From Macrostomum lignano (taxonomy: Eukaryota), in NCBI GenBank assembly GCA_002269645.1, contig NIVC01001446.1, positions 186,001-250,000 of the forward strand: a stretch of 64,000 nucleotides of DNA, given 5' to 3'. Of this stretch, positions 33,301 to 46,412 are shown in pieces; the first letter of the stretch is position 1; every line of letters starts with the position of its first letter. The notes beneath the pieces were generated by a model. That model was given only the letters and a program-made list of their open reading frames with translations, ran no database searches and was not told where the DNA came from. Position numbers and translations under genes: made by a program.

Positions 33301-34536
33301 TCAGAACTTGGCCAATTCGTGACTGCCAGCGGCAGGGGCGGCAGACGTGACAGCGGCAGCTGTTGTCGATCTCTGCTGCTGCTTCTGCCTGCCAGCCGCA
33401 CTGGACGACATCCCGAAGTCGGCGGGCGCACCGCTTCGACGACGGCAGCAGACGATGGCTACAATTACTCTGAACAGGTAGCGTTTGAATCTACGCACCT
33501 TGAACAGGTAGAAATAGAAATTGATGGACAGGTTGATATAGGCCACCACCATGAAGAGCATGTTGATGCTGGACACGTTGTAGAACAGGCTCGGGTTGGA
33601 CAGCTCGTAGCCGTAGAATTTCAGAATCGAGAACATTGGCCAGCTCACCGAGTAGGGCAGGTTCAGCGTCAGGTACTGCAGCGAGAGCATCACCATGGTG
33701 ATCTTGACGTCCGAATCAACGTTGGACCCGCGCTGCTCCTGCTGCTGCCGCAGTCGGTTGAGCTGGTAGCCGACGAGAGCGGCGACGTTCCCGGCCAGAA
33801 TGAGAAACGCTGGCACAGTGTAGTTGATGAAGATCATCTGATAGTTGAAGGCCAGGCTGAACTCGATCGGCAGGCGCAAGCTCGGGTAGCAGCCGATCAG
33901 TGAGCCGTTCACGAATCGCGACCGAATCTCGAAGGCGACGAAGACCTGTGTCCACACCAGAGCGGACACGAAGACGACGCAGCCAACCGTGGCGATGCGG
34001 CGCCGGGCGGTGAAGAAGCGGATGAAGCGAACCGGCGAGAGGAGGCAGGCCGCCCGCTCGAAGGACAGCACGACCATGACGTAGGCGCCGAGGCTCTGGC
34101 TGATCATCTGCAGGTAGCGCAGCACTCTGCAGCCCAGCAAGCTCTGGGTGAACACGTCGAAGCCAGCGAAGCCGAAGTTCCGCAGCGCCGCAGCCGTCCA
34201 GTTGAAGATGCAGAGGAGCCAGGAGGACACGAAGTCGCTCACGGACAGGACCAGAAAGTACAGGCAGGAGGGCGGGAACTTGGAGTAGAACAGAGTGAAG
34301 ATCGTCGCGGCGGCGAAGTTGTTCACTACGCCGAGCAGGCCGTTCACGATGAGGATGTAGTCGGTGAACACCTTCAACGCTGTCTGGATTCCGGGAAGCA
34401 GCAGGACAGTCCCGAGGGAAGACCCCGGCGAGTCCGTCGCAGCCTCGGTGCTAACATTGTTGGCGGTGAACCCATCTGAGGGAGCCAGGTGTAGTACAGG
34501 TGGCTTCTTGAAACCAGTTTTGAACTTAACCCACAT
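33301..34536 (-). CDS. Intronless rhodopsin-like (class A) GPCR, orphan invertebrate peptide-receptor type, 411 aa
   Basis: Seven hydrophobic segments: TM1 GVVNN, TM2 LSVSD, TM3 Cys (GCR) and SFER, TM5 VPAFLILAGN, TM6 LNLPY, TM7 INLSINFYFY. Confidence 0.9.
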   Translation of the reverse strand: MWVKFKTGFKKPPVLHLAPSDGFTANNVSTEAATDSPGSSLGTVLLLPGIQTALKVFTDYILIVNGLLGVVNNFAAATIFTLFYSKFPPSCLYFLVLSVSDFVSSWLLCIFNWTAAALRNFGFAGFDVFTQSLLGCRVLRYLQMISQSLGAYVMVVLSFERAACLLSPVRFIRFFTARRRIATVGCVVFVSALVWTQVFVAFEIRSRFVNGSLIGCYPSLRLPIEFSLAFNYQMIFINYTVPAFLILAGNVAALVGYQLNRLRQQQEQRGSNVDSDVKITMVMLSLQYLTLNLPYSVSWPMFSILKFYGYELSNPSLFYNVSSINMLFMVVAYINLSINFYFYLFKVRRFKRYLFRVIVAIVCCRRRSGAPADFGMSSSAAGRQKQQQRSTTAAAVTSAAPAAGSHELAKF

Positions 34537-36647
34537 GTGCTAACTATAGGCCGCAATTGCAAGGAAAGTGGTGCTGCGCGAGAGCCATACGCGCTCACCT
34601 GACCGGTCTTGATCAGTTCTATTAGAACTCGTGCTACAGCCTCTCGTGTTCCTTGGGCTCAAAGTGCCGCAGTGAAAGGTGTGTGTTAAAGGACGAACTT
34701 TAAAAGCTTGCGCGCACTTACTCATTTTGTCCTTTTCCAGCTGCCGGAAGTGCCTTTTTCCTTTCGAATGTCGAGCTTGCAGAAGACTTTGGTTAGTTAT
34801 TAGTCCGACCAGTTTTTGTGGGTTTGCTTCCTTAGGAGAGTTGAATCCTCTTGTCTTTTATACACGCGCAGATGCGCACAGGTGGGGATGATGAGGCTGA
34901 GGAGCTCTCAAAGAGATTCTATTTGGCAGAGATGAGGTAGAGGGTTGTCTGGGTAGCGAAGGCGGCCGGGGCCCGCGCCACCTACGTGAACTGTTGCGCA
35001 GACAGCGCGAGCGTAACACGCGATTTCGCACAGAACTGTAACGAATCGAGAACCGGACCGTCATCCTGGGGACTCAAGTCTTAAAAAGGAAGGAACCAAC
35101 CGCTACATCAAGCACGAAGCGGGTCGCGCAAAGGACAAAAGTAACGAATATCCCGAAAAGAAAATGCACTTCGTGCTTAGACAATCAATCAGAGGATTAA
35201 GTCGAAAATTTCGTGCAGGCCTGCAATCCGGTTTTCTTACGAATACGGTCTACCCGGATGTGAGGCGGAAACTGCTCCGTCCTACCAACGTAACCTAAAG
35301 CATTAGAATTAATTTGGGCATTTCTCATTTTTATTTACACACTACTCTACTATTTAGACACTACCAATCATCTTCAATAGTGTTTTTACTTTCACTTTCA
35401 CGTTGTCTATAGCCAAAGTTGGAGCTCCACTGGGTTGCCATGGACTTCTTTATTATAGCATCTGGACCGGAAGATTAAGATGCAGTTCCACTGGCATCCG
35501 CCTGAGAGGTTTTGCATCATGGAAAATGAAGCATAAAGCACAGAGCAGAAGAGGAAGCACGGCTTTGGAAGTACGTAGGACGAACTTTGCTAGTTTCCAG
35601 CGGTTGAAATCAATCATTGATTGCAGGAAAATGTGCCAAAAATCGCTTGGATGGGATTCACCAAGGCAATTTTTGGACCAGAAATTCCGTCTTCAAGAGC
35701 TACACTTTGCTAAGCTTTCTCTCGACTACTTCAGGTAATTCCCAAAGACACCACTTACAGCCAAGCGTGTTCTCCCTCCCCAGGGTGAGATGAAATTTCG
35801 GGATGCAATTAATTGTTTGCGTCATCGAATCTGAGCAGCTGCAGAAGCAGAAAATTGGTCCCCAAAAAATTTCTGCAGCATTTGACGTCCTCAATTTTAA
35901 AAAGATTCCAACCAAATTTTATCCAGAGAATTTTTGTCCTTGAAAATGCTCTCTGCGCACCTGTGGCAGACGCCATACGGGACAAAGCCTATTTTGGCAA
36001 TGATAAAAAGCAATATTCACCAGTAAAGGATGCTTTTAATTTACACGCGATCGCACCAAAGCACCAGCTTGGTTCGAATTCGTGCGCAAGCGCATTCATT
36101 CATTTGGGGGCTTGTGCCAACCCTCCAAGGCACAGACAGTGTACAAGCCGGACGATTAGAATCGTTTGAGGGTGCATGACGTCACACAACAAAGACTATA
36201 AAATCCCCCCGCTAGAAGCCCTTTTCTGCTCTAGAAAAAATACACTAAATAGACAGGAACAGCTGAAATTCCACCGGAAACTTTGCTTGCCCGCCGGTCT
36301 CCGGTAGCAGCTCGTGTATCACTGGCTGGATAAACTTGTGAGCACGGGGTGATGACGGAATGCTTCACAGACCGATCTTCACAGATTTGCCCACTGTCGA
36401 GGCTTGATCAGCGAAATTAGATCGAGAGACTTAAGAAACAGGATGTCTATAGTCCCCTGGTGCCACCTGTTGAAGGTCCAGAAGCTCCGCCTGGGTGAAG
36501 GCCAGTGACAAACGAAGTCAGAGATGATGCAGACACATGTGGTCGGCGTGCTGATGAAATTTGGAGGCTTGGCAAGGCTGCAATGAGGCGCAGTGCTGAT
36601 TGGCGCACAGGGGTGTACTGAATACACTGGCGCTTATGGGAAAAATC

Positions 36648-36750
36648 CGACCTCTTCTAGAAGAATCGTTGAATATCTCGACAGTTTGCCCCTGTTGTTG
36701 AATTTCGTGTGCCTGCGTTGCTACGTTCCGGCGCAGCAAAAAAAAATTTT
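36648..36750 (-). mobile_element. One-armed, internally deleted relative of the 31.2 kb foldback
   Basis: gacc.cttct.g.agaatcgt.gaatatct.gac and gaatttcgtgtgcctgcgttgct..gttccggcgcagcaaaaaa match the loop plus left arm, reversed. Confidence 0.8.
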
Positions 36751-37124
36751 CAGGGTGAGGGGATTAGGGGGATCCCGCCCTGATACACTGTAGTTGTTCT
36801 GCAGTTAATAATCTGTTCAATCTAAAACTACACACTGTAATACCTTTTCCATTTTAGCAAGGATAAATACCCGATTAAATTAAAAACGGAGCGGCCATTA
36901 AGCCTTTTAATCGATAAGGCAAAATCAGTTTTAAAGTGCAAAATCAATCTATGCTCAACAAAGCAAAACGGATTTTTTATTTGTAAAACTTAAAACTGAC
37001 TGCGCACTTTTATTTGGAAGTTAACAATAAATTTGAGTAAAAAAGCAATCTCTAACTGCAACAATTTTGTCCCATCAACTGCCAGCTACAGGTTTGAATT
37101 CGAGGTGCAGCATCCTGGAATAAA

Positions 37125-37610
37125 GCCTGAAGGTTCAGGGAACAGATGGGGAATCAGCCTGAAGGTGGAGGGAACAGATGGGTGATCGGCTTGAAGGTGC
37201 AGGGGATTAGATGGGGAATCAGCCTGAAGGTTCAGGGGGTGGATGGGGAATCGGCATGAAGGTTCAGGGGGTGGATGGGGAATCGGCCTGAAGGTGCAGG
37301 GGATAAAATGGGGAATCAGCCTGAAGGTTCAGGGGGTGGATGGGGAATCGGCCTGAAGGTGCAGGGGATAAAATGGGGAATCAGCCTGAAGGTTCAGGGG
37401 TGAATGGGGAATCGGCCTGAAGGTGCAGGGGATTAGATGAGGAATCAGTCTGAAGGTGCAGGGAATTAGATGGGGAATCAGCCTGAAGGTTCAGGGGGTG
37501 GATGGGGAATCAGCCTGAAGGTTCAGGGGGTGGATGGGAAATCAGCCTGAAGGTTCAGGGGGTGGATGGGAAATCAGCCTGAAGGTTCAGGGGGTGGATG
37601 GGAAATCAGT
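37125..37610. repeat. ~32-mer array (GGGAATCAGCCTGAAGGTTCAGGGGGTGGATG) abutting the IARS2 stop
   Basis: direct periodicity. Confidence 0.94.
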
Positions 37611-37613
37611 TGA

Positions 37614-40600
37614 TCATCGCCGCGTCGCCGTCTCGCTGGACTCGGCGTCAGAGGCCCAGCCGTCCAGCAGGAAGTCGGCGCACTGCTGGCACAGTTCGTC
37701 GTCGCCGCAGGTGTCGCCGGCCGAAGCTTTGGCCACGCGGCGGCGGCAGCGCGGGCAGTCGTTGGAGACGTCGGGCCGGACCTCCTCGACAAGCACGCCG
37801 ACGTCGCCGAGGTCGCAGTCGGTCAGCACTCGCCGATCGGCCGCCCGCAGCGACTCGAATTCGGTAGCCCGGACGACCCGGACGGACGAGCAGCGCAGTG
37901 TCTCGGCCAGCCGGCCGAATCGAGGATCCTCCTTGGCCTCTGGCCACCATGGCGACGCGTCGTTGGCCAGCAGGAGCTCCCAGCCGGCACTCAGCGGCGC
38001 CAGCGACAGCCGGGCGGCGGCCGAGGCGGCCTGGGCGAACTCGTCAGAGCCGGCGAAAGCGGCCGAGCGCAGGCGGAACAGGGCCAGCAGCTGCCGGCCG
38101 AGCAGTGTCCGACTGTCCGAGCTGTCCGACAGGTCAGGGAACTGCCAGGCCTCCAGACAGACGCTGGTCGGTGACTCGGCCGGCCGGCCGCCGAATCCGT
38201 CGACTGGGAGAGCGGCGTAGACCTCCTCGGCCAGATGCGGCAGTACCGGAGCGGTTGCCATGGTGATTGCCCGCAGCGACTGCCACAGGGCAGCCTGGGC
38301 GGAGCGCCGGTCGGGACTGTCGGCTGGGAAGCAGTAGAGCCGGTGCTTCACGGCCGCCAGGTAGGGTCCGGCCGCCTGCGACAGCAGCTGCTCCAGCTGG
38401 CGGCACACGGCGCCGGTGTCGCAGGCGTCGAAGGCGGCCTCGATCGAGCGGACGAAGTCGGCGAGCAGGGCGAGATAGCCGGCATCTGCCGGATGGCAGA
38501 TAGCCGTTCGGACAGTCTCGGACAGAGGCAGGTCGGACACGCAGCCGAGCAGAAAGCGCAGGTGGCTGCGCAGCCGCTTGACGTGGCCGTCGGCGGCGGC
38601 CAGAAGCCGGTCGCCGATCTCCGGTCTGACGGCGAGGCCGGCGCTGGCAGCCCAGTAGCGGAGACCGTCGGGCCCGTGACGGAGGATCACCTGGGCAGTG
38701 GGTTGGACGGGTGGATATTGGGGTAGACAGTGGGGTAGATGACCGGGCAGATACTGGGGTAGACAGTGGGGTAGATGACCGGCTGGATATTGGGGTAGAC
38801 AATGGGGTAGATGACCAGCTGGATATTGGGGTAGACAATGGGGTAGATAACCGGGCGGATATTGGGGTAGACAGTGGGGTAGATGACCGGGCGGATATTG
38901 GGGTAGACAGTGGGGTAGATGACCGGGCGGATATTGGGGTAGACTGTGAGGTAGATGACCGGGCGGATATTGGGGTAGACTGTGAGGTAGATGACCGGGC
39001 GGATATTGGGGTAAACTGTGAGGTAGATAACCGGGCGGATAATGGGGTAGACTGTGAGGTAGATGACCGGGCGGATATTGGGGTAGACAGTGGGGTAGAT
39101 GACCGGGCGGATATTGGGGTAAACAGTGGGGTAGATGACCGGGCGGATATTGGGGTAGACTGTGAGGTAGATGACCGGGCGGATATTGGGGTAGACTGTG
39201 AGGTAGATGACCGGGCGGATATTGGGATCCCGAATTATTCAGTAGAATGATGAAGAATTACTTAAAGATGCTTTTAGGAAGAGATTCGAAAAAAATTAAT
39301 TGAATTCAGTCAAAACGGAAATAGAAAAAAGCTTTCAAAAAGCACTGAAGCGCCAAAGGAGATTTTGCAGACACTCGAAATGATAGACACAAGGCACAAA
39401 CGCGGGATTCCGCACCTAAAAAGGAAGACGGGAAATGAAAAAAGGCGGGCTCAAAAGAGAGACTTATTCTTTTGAAACAGAAAACTTGCGCTGTCGGAGG
39501 CTGGAAACACAAAGGGAAAACAAACAAATCCCTTTCTCCTAAAAACTAAGCCTTCTTAGCTATCAGCTATTTATGCAAGATCACATCTTCCCCTGCCCAT
39601 GTCTCCACCCTCCCCTGCCCGTGTCTCCATCCTCCCTGACCGTGTCTCCATCCTCCCCTGCCCGTGTCTCCATCCTCCCCTGACCGTGCCTCCACCCTCC
39701 CTGCCCGTGTCTCCACCCTCCCCTGCCCGTGCCTCCACCCTCCCCTGCCCGTGTCTCCACCCTCCCCTGCCCGTGTCTCCATCCTCCCCTGCCCGTGTCT
39801 CCATCCTCCCCTGACCGTGTCTCCATCCTCCCCTGACCGTGCCTCCACCCTCCCCTGCCCGTGTCTCCACCCTCCCCTGCCCGTGTCTCCATCCTCACCT
39901 GCCCGTGTCTCCACCCTCCCCTGCCCGTGTCTCCATCCTCACCTGCCCGTGTCTCCACCCTCCCCTGCCCGTGTCTCCACCCTCCCCTGCCCGTGTCTCC
40001 ACCCTCCCCTGCCCGTGTCTCCATCCTCCCCTGACCGTGTCTCCATCCTCCCCTGACCGTGCCTCCACCCTCCCCTGCCCGTGTCTCCACCCTCCCCTGC
40101 CCGTGTCTCCACCCTCCCCTGCCCGTGTCTCCATCCTCCCCTGCCCGTGTCTCCATCCTCCCCTGCCCGTGTCTCCACCCTCCCCTGCCCGTGTCTCCAT
40201 CCTCACCTGCCCGTGTCTCCATCCTCACCTGCCCGTGTCTCCACCCTCCCCTGCCCGTGTCTCCACCCTCCCCTGCCCGTGTCTCCACCCTCCCCTGCCC
40301 GTGTCTCCATCCTCCCCTGCCCGTGTCTCCACCCTCCCTGCCCGTGTCTCCACCCTCCCCTGCCCGTGTCTCCATCCTCCCCTGCCCGTGTCTCCACCCT
40401 CCCCTGCCCGTGTCTCCATCCTCCCCTGCCCGTGTCTCCATCCTCACCTGCCCGTGTCTCCACCCTCCCCTGCCCGTGTCTCCACCCTCCCCTGCCCGTG
40501 TCTCCACCCTCCCCTGCCCGTGTCTCCACCCTCCCCTGCCCGTGTCTCCACCCTCCCCTGCCCGTGTCTCCACCCTCCCCTGCCCGTGTCTCCACCCTCC

Positions 40601-43457
40601 CCTGCCCGTGTCTCCACCCTCCCCTGACCGTGTCTCCATCCTCCCCTGACCGTGTCTCCATCCTCCCCTGACCGTGCCTCCACCCTCCCCTGACCGTGTC
40701 TCCACCCTCCCCTGCCCGTGTCTCCACCCTCCCCTGCCCGTGTCTCCACCCTCCCCTGCCCGTGTCTCCACCCTCCCCTGCCCGTGTCTCCACCTCCCCT
40801 GACCGTGTCTCCATCCTCCCCTGACCGTGTCTCCATCCACCGTGCTCCACCCTGACCGTGCCTCCACCCTCCCCTGCCCGTCTCCAATCTCTCCTGGCCG
40901 TTCCCTGAATTTCACCCTCCCTTTTCTAATCTCACCCTCCCTTTTCTTCTAATCTCACTCTCCTTTTATAATCTCACTCAGTTTTCTAATCTCACCCAGT
41001 TTTCTAATCTCACTCAGTTTTCTAATCTCACCCAGTTTTCTAATCTCACCCCTTAATTTTCTAATCTTATCCTTTTTTCTAATCTCACCCTCCCTTGTCT
41101 AATCTCACACTGCCTTTTCGAATCACTCGAACCTTTTGATTATCTTATCACGTCTTGTGACAAGACGACAGGTGTTGTGAAAGCATCCCACACCCTCAAC
41201 CCCCCGCTCCCATGTCCCCACCTGTTCCGGGTCCACCACGTTGCCAACAGACTTGGACATCTTCCTGCCGGTCTCGTCCACAGTGAAGCCGTGCACAGCC
41301 AGGCTCTTGTAAGGCGGCCGGCCAGTCAGAGCCACCGAGAGCAGCAGCGAGCTGGAGAACCAGCCGCGGAACTGGTCCTGACCTTCGACGCACAGCGACG
41401 CCTGACCGTCAGCGTCCAGGTCGCCCGCCTCGCCGGCCACCGCCCAGGAGAGGCCGCTGTCCATCCAGATGTCGAAGATGTCGCCAGATTTCTTCAAGCG
41501 TCGATGGCGCAGCTCGGAGCTGCCGAATTTTTCGGCGAGTTGATCGGCCGAGAGTTCGAACCAGGAGTCGGCGCTGCCGGTCTCGGCGACGTGCTCGGCG
41601 AAGCGGCGAGTCAGCTGACTGTCGTAGACGGGGTCGCCGGTGGACTCTGGGAAAGTTGGATATCGCGGGGATGAGATTAGATGGATTGGAATGGGATTAG
41701 ACGAAGTGGGAGGCGATTGAGATGTTGAAATGGAACTAGATGGTTGGGATGGGATCAGATGTAATGGGATAGGATTAGATGGAATGGGATAGGATTAGAT
41801 GGAATGGGATGGGATTAGATGGAATGGGATAGGATCAGATGGAATGGGATAGGATCAGATGGAATGGGATAGGATCAGATGGAATGGGATAGGATTAGAT
41901 GGAGTGGGATAGGATTAGATGGAATGGGATAGGATTAGATGGAATGGGATAGGATTCGATGTAATGGGATTGGATTAGATGGAGTGGGATGGGATTAGAT
42001 GTAATGGGATAGGATTAGATGGAATGGGATGGGATTAGATGGAATGGGATGGGATTAGATGTAATGGGATAGGATTAGATGGAATGGGATGGGATCAGAT
42101 GGAATGGGATGGGATTAGATGGAATGGGATTGGATTCGATGGAATGGGATAGGATTCGATGTAATGGGATTGGATTAGATGGAATGGGATAGGATTCGAT
42201 GTAATGGGATAGGATCAGATGGAGTGGGATAGGATTAGATGGAATGGGATAGGATTAGATGGAGTGGGATGAGATTAGATGGAGTGGGATGAGATTAGAT
42301 GGAGTGGGTTGAGATTAGATGGAGTGCGATGGGATTAGATGGAGTCAGAAGGGATTAGATGAGATGGGATTAAAAGGAATCGGTTCGCAGAACTTGGCAA
42401 CCTCGGCTATCCCAAACCCCCAGCGCACCGTCGTACAGCACTGGGATCGGCACTCCGTGCACCCGCTGCCGGCTGATGCACCAGTAGGGCCGGGCGGCCA
42501 CGAAAGCCCGCATAGCGCCGGCCTCCCTGTCCGGCAGAATTCGGACAGTGTCCAGAGCGGTTAGTGCCCGGTCGCGCAGGCCGGCAGTGTCCAGAAACCA
42601 CTGGCTGGAGGCGCGCAGCATCACAGGGCGGCCGGTGCGCCAGTCGTAGGGGTAGCTGTGCACCAGCGCCTCCGTGTGCGCCAGGAGGCTGCGCCGGCGC
42701 AGCAGGTCCAGCACGGCCCCGGACCCCTCCGTCAGGCAGTGCCGGCCGTTCAGCTCCTCCAGCGATTCGGACAGGCCGGGGCCGCCGAACCGGCCGGCCT
42801 CCGTTACCATGGAGACGAGGGGAAGTTTGAATTTGATGCCAAGTTGAAAATCCTCGCGGCCGTGCGCGGGGGCCACGTGCACCAGGCCGGTGCCCTTGTC
42901 CTCGGTCACGTGATCCGATGGCAGCACCGGGCACTCCGCGTTCTGCGGGTTCAAGAGGGGCCTGGCGATTAATGGCCAGCAGGAATTAGGATATCGACCC
43001 AGGCCTTTCCATATTGCCCCATAGCCTTCCCACACTGTCCCATAGCCTTCCCACACTGTCCCATAGCCTTCCCACACTGTCCCATAGCCTTCCCACACTG
43101 CCCAATAGCCTTCCCACACTGACCCATAGCCTTCCCACACTGTCCCATAGCCTTCCCACACTGTCCCATAGCCTTCCCACACTGACCCATAGCCTTCCCA
43201 CACTGTCCCATAGCCTTCCCACACTGACCCATAGCCTTCCCACACTGTCCCATAGCCTTCCCACACTGTCCCATAGCCTTCCCACACTGTCCCATAGCCT
43301 TCCAACACTGTCCCATAGCCTTCCCACACTGTCCCATAGCCTTCCCACACTGTCCCATAGCCTTGCCACCCGGAACCCACACTGAACGGATGCCGGTAGG
43401 TCGCCCCAATCAGCGCATCGGCAGGGAACTCGGCCAGCGGTTCTCCGAGCTCGACGC

Positions 43458-43491
<34 letters not shown>

Positions 43492-46412
43492 GAAGCCGGG
43501 CCAGCTGGCTGCGACAACAACGGTCCGACCGTCTGGCAGACGGCGCAGCGAGTAGCGCATGCCGGGGCCCACAGCGACAGCGGCGTTGGCCGGCAGAGTC
43601 CACGGCGTGGTGGTCCAAACCAGCAGGTGATGCCGCGGCTGCTGCTCCCCTCCCGAGTCTCTCAGAGCCTCAGGCGCCGACGCGTCGGCGGACAGCCGAA
43701 TCAGCGGCATCAGGACGAAGGCGCTGTCCGACCGGTGATCGTCCCGATACACGAGCTCCGCCTCGGCCAGCGCAGTGGCCGAACTGTCCGACCAGTGGAC
43801 GGGCAGGAAGCTGCGATAGACCAGTCCGAGACTGTGCAGCCGGTCGAACGCCAGCAGCTGACGGGCCACGTAGCCGGGCGATTTGGTCTCGTAGTGCTCA
43901 GCTGACGCGCTGAGGACGCCCCAGTGCTGAAATGCCAACCGTTGCTCTGCGATGCACTGGTCAGCGAATGCTCTGGGTGGGTGAGCAGACCGAGGTGAGA
44001 TCCGTTTGTTAATTGTTAGTTCAGTTAGCGGAGGGCTTTGGCACTGCCGCAGATCAAGGCCCACAGAACAGGCAAGCAGTGCCCCTGAGCGCACGGTGTA
44101 CATGGCACCCCTACACTTCTCCCCGAATCTCACCCCTACTCTTCCCGAATCTCACCCCTACTCTTCCCCGAATCTCACCCCTACACTTCCCCGAATCTCA
44201 CCCCTACACTTCCCCGAATCTCACCCCTACACTTCCCCGAATCTCACCCCTACACTTCCCGAATCTCACCCCTACACTTCTCCGAATCTCACCCCTACTC
44301 TTCACTGAATCTCACCCCTACACTTCTCCGAATCTCACCCCTACTCTTCACCGAATCTCACCCCTACACTTCCTCGAATCTCACCCCTACACTTCCCCGA
44401 ATCTCACCCCTACACTTCCCCGAATCTCACCCCTACACTTCCCCGAATCTCACCCCTACTCTTCACTGAATCTCACCCCTACACTTCTCCGAATCTCACC
44501 CCTACTCTTCCACGAATCTCACCCCTACTCTTCCCCGAATCTCACCCCTACACTTCCCCGAATCTCACCCCTACACTTCTCCGAATCTCACCCCTACACT
44601 TCTCCGAATCTCACCCCTACTCTTCACCGAATCTCACCCCTACACTTCCCCGAATCTCACCCCTACACTTCACCGAATCTCACCCCTACACTTCTCCGAA
44701 GCTCACCCCTACTCTTCACCGAATCTCACCCCTACTCTTCCCCGAATCTCACCCCTACACTTCACCGAATCTCACCCCTACACTTCCCCGAATCTCACCC
44801 CTACACTTCCCCGAATCTCACCCCTACTCTTCACTGAATCTCACCCCTACACTTCTCCGAATCTCACCCCTACTCTTCCCCGAATCTCACCCCTACTCTT
44901 CCCCGAATCTCACCCCTACACTTCCCCGAATCTCACCCCTACACTTCTCCGAATCTCACCCCTACACTTCTCCGAATCTCACCCCTACTCTTCACCGAAT
45001 CTCACCCCTACACTTCTCCGAATCTCACCCCTAAACTTCTCCGAATCTCACCCCTACTCTTCACCTAATCTCACCCTACACTTCTCCCCGAATCTCACCT
45101 CTATACTTCTCCCCGAATCTCACCCTTTTCACCGAAGTTGTAATTGTTGGTGTTGTGATTGTTGGTGTTGTGATGGTGTTGTAATTGTTGGTGTTGTGAT
45201 TGTTGTTACTGTTGGGTTGTTGTTACTGTTGGTTTGTTGCCAGTGTTGGTGTTGTGATTGTTGGTGCTGTGATTGTTAATGTTGTGATTGTTCAAAATGT
45301 CTATGGTAATTTACGTTAAGGCAATGACATTCAAGCAACGACCGGTCATTTTTTGAAATTGACAATAGAGCAATTTACCGGGATATCATTTTAGAAAACG
45401 AACGAGTCCATGAGCGTAAAATAAAATAGTCTATGGTTGTAAGTGGGGCTTCGCGCCCACACCCCCACTCCCCTTTCCCACTCGGATCCTGGTGGACAAA
45501 TTGACCAATAAAGTTAGCTGGAAGTGAGAAAATATGGTTTGTAATGGCCATAGACACGATATAGCCATAGTCACTAGTATCTATGGCCATTACCATGAAT
45601 TCTCACTTCCAGACAACCCCCTTATTGTTGTTTTCGTCATTGTTGGTGTTGTGATTGTTGGGTTGTCATTTTTGTTCTTGTTGAATAGCTGCTGTTTCTA
45701 CTGTTGTCTTGGACTCGCTCGCGTACATACATGTGTGTAAAGCTTATTCATTATCCTAAGTTGTACAAGTGGCGTCCCAAAGTATTGAATCACTTTGACA
45801 GTTAATCATTTTTATCGTCTAAGCGTACTGTCTTTCCTCCGCACATGTAATTCAATTCAAGGGAAATCTGACTACCAAAAGCTAGGTAAAAAATAAGGAG
45901 ATTTCGGAGCGTAGATTACTCCCTAGAGATACTCAGTGATGAGATACACAACCAATATCACTTTCGTCGCTGAGCTAACCTTGCCCTTTGACGAATCTGA
46001 TTGGCTGGCGAACAATCAGCAGCAGGTTCGGCAGAATCGCTTCCAGCAGCTGACTGAGTCGGCTTCGCTTTGAGCTCGATTGGCAGCCCGTGACAGTCCC
46101 AGCCTAGCCGAAACCGAACCTGCCGGCCGCGCAAAAGCTGGTAGCGACTCACTGAGTCCTTCAACACCTTGTTGAGCGCGTGTCCAACGTGCGGCTTACC
46201 GTTGGCGTAGGGCGGGCCGTCGTGCAGGCTGAAAACTTGGCGCGGCCGCCCATCTCTCAGCTGCCAGGCGTAGGCCTCGGCCCATAGACGACGCAGCCGC
46301 TCGGCGTGCTCGGACTGCGAGCCGGCCGCCTAACCGGGATGGCAAATTTGGGCAGGTTCAGCGACGCCGATAGCTCATGGCTTGGCCGGTAGCGCCTGAA
46401 GCGTTTTAACAA
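37614..46412 (-). CDS. IARS2: Mitochondrial (bacterial-type) isoleucyl-tRNA synthetase, 5 exons; first exon has an apparent 1-nt frameshift and no ATG
   Basis: Exons ~46412-45980, 43972-43381, 42942-42429, 41646-41222, 38690-37614; [15 protein letters not shown] (HIGH), [53 protein letters not shown]-terminal CPRC...CQQC zinc finger. Confidence 0.92.
38705..39230. repeat. 36-mer array (GGGTAGACAGTGGGGTAGATGACCGGGCGGATATTG), IARS2 intron 4
   Basis: direct periodicity. Confidence 0.95.
39585..40885. repeat. 22-mer C-rich array (CCCTGCCCGTGTCTCCACCCTC), IARS2 intron 4
   Basis: direct periodicity. Confidence 0.97.
40915..41110. repeat. Degenerate TTTCTAATCTCACC array, IARS2 intron 4, donor end
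   Basis: recurrent CTAATCTCAC. Confidence 0.8.
41680..42370. repeat. 20-mer array (GGATAGGATTAGATGGAATG), IARS2 intron 3
   Basis: direct periodicity. Confidence 0.96.
43010..43365. repeat. 21-mer array (CACTGTCCCATAGCCTTCCCA), IARS2 intron 2
   Basis: direct periodicity. Confidence 0.97.
44105..45130. repeat. 23-mer array (GAATCTCACCCCTACACTTCCCC), IARS2 intron 1, followed by a GTT-rich tract to ~45295
   Basis: direct periodicity. Confidence 0.97.

Noticed and set aside
37614-46412. Bacterial-like IleRS as horizontal transfer or contamination
   Set aside because: It has four GT-AG introns with host-type arrays and a presequence-like N-terminus; normal nuclear-encoded mitochondrial enzyme.
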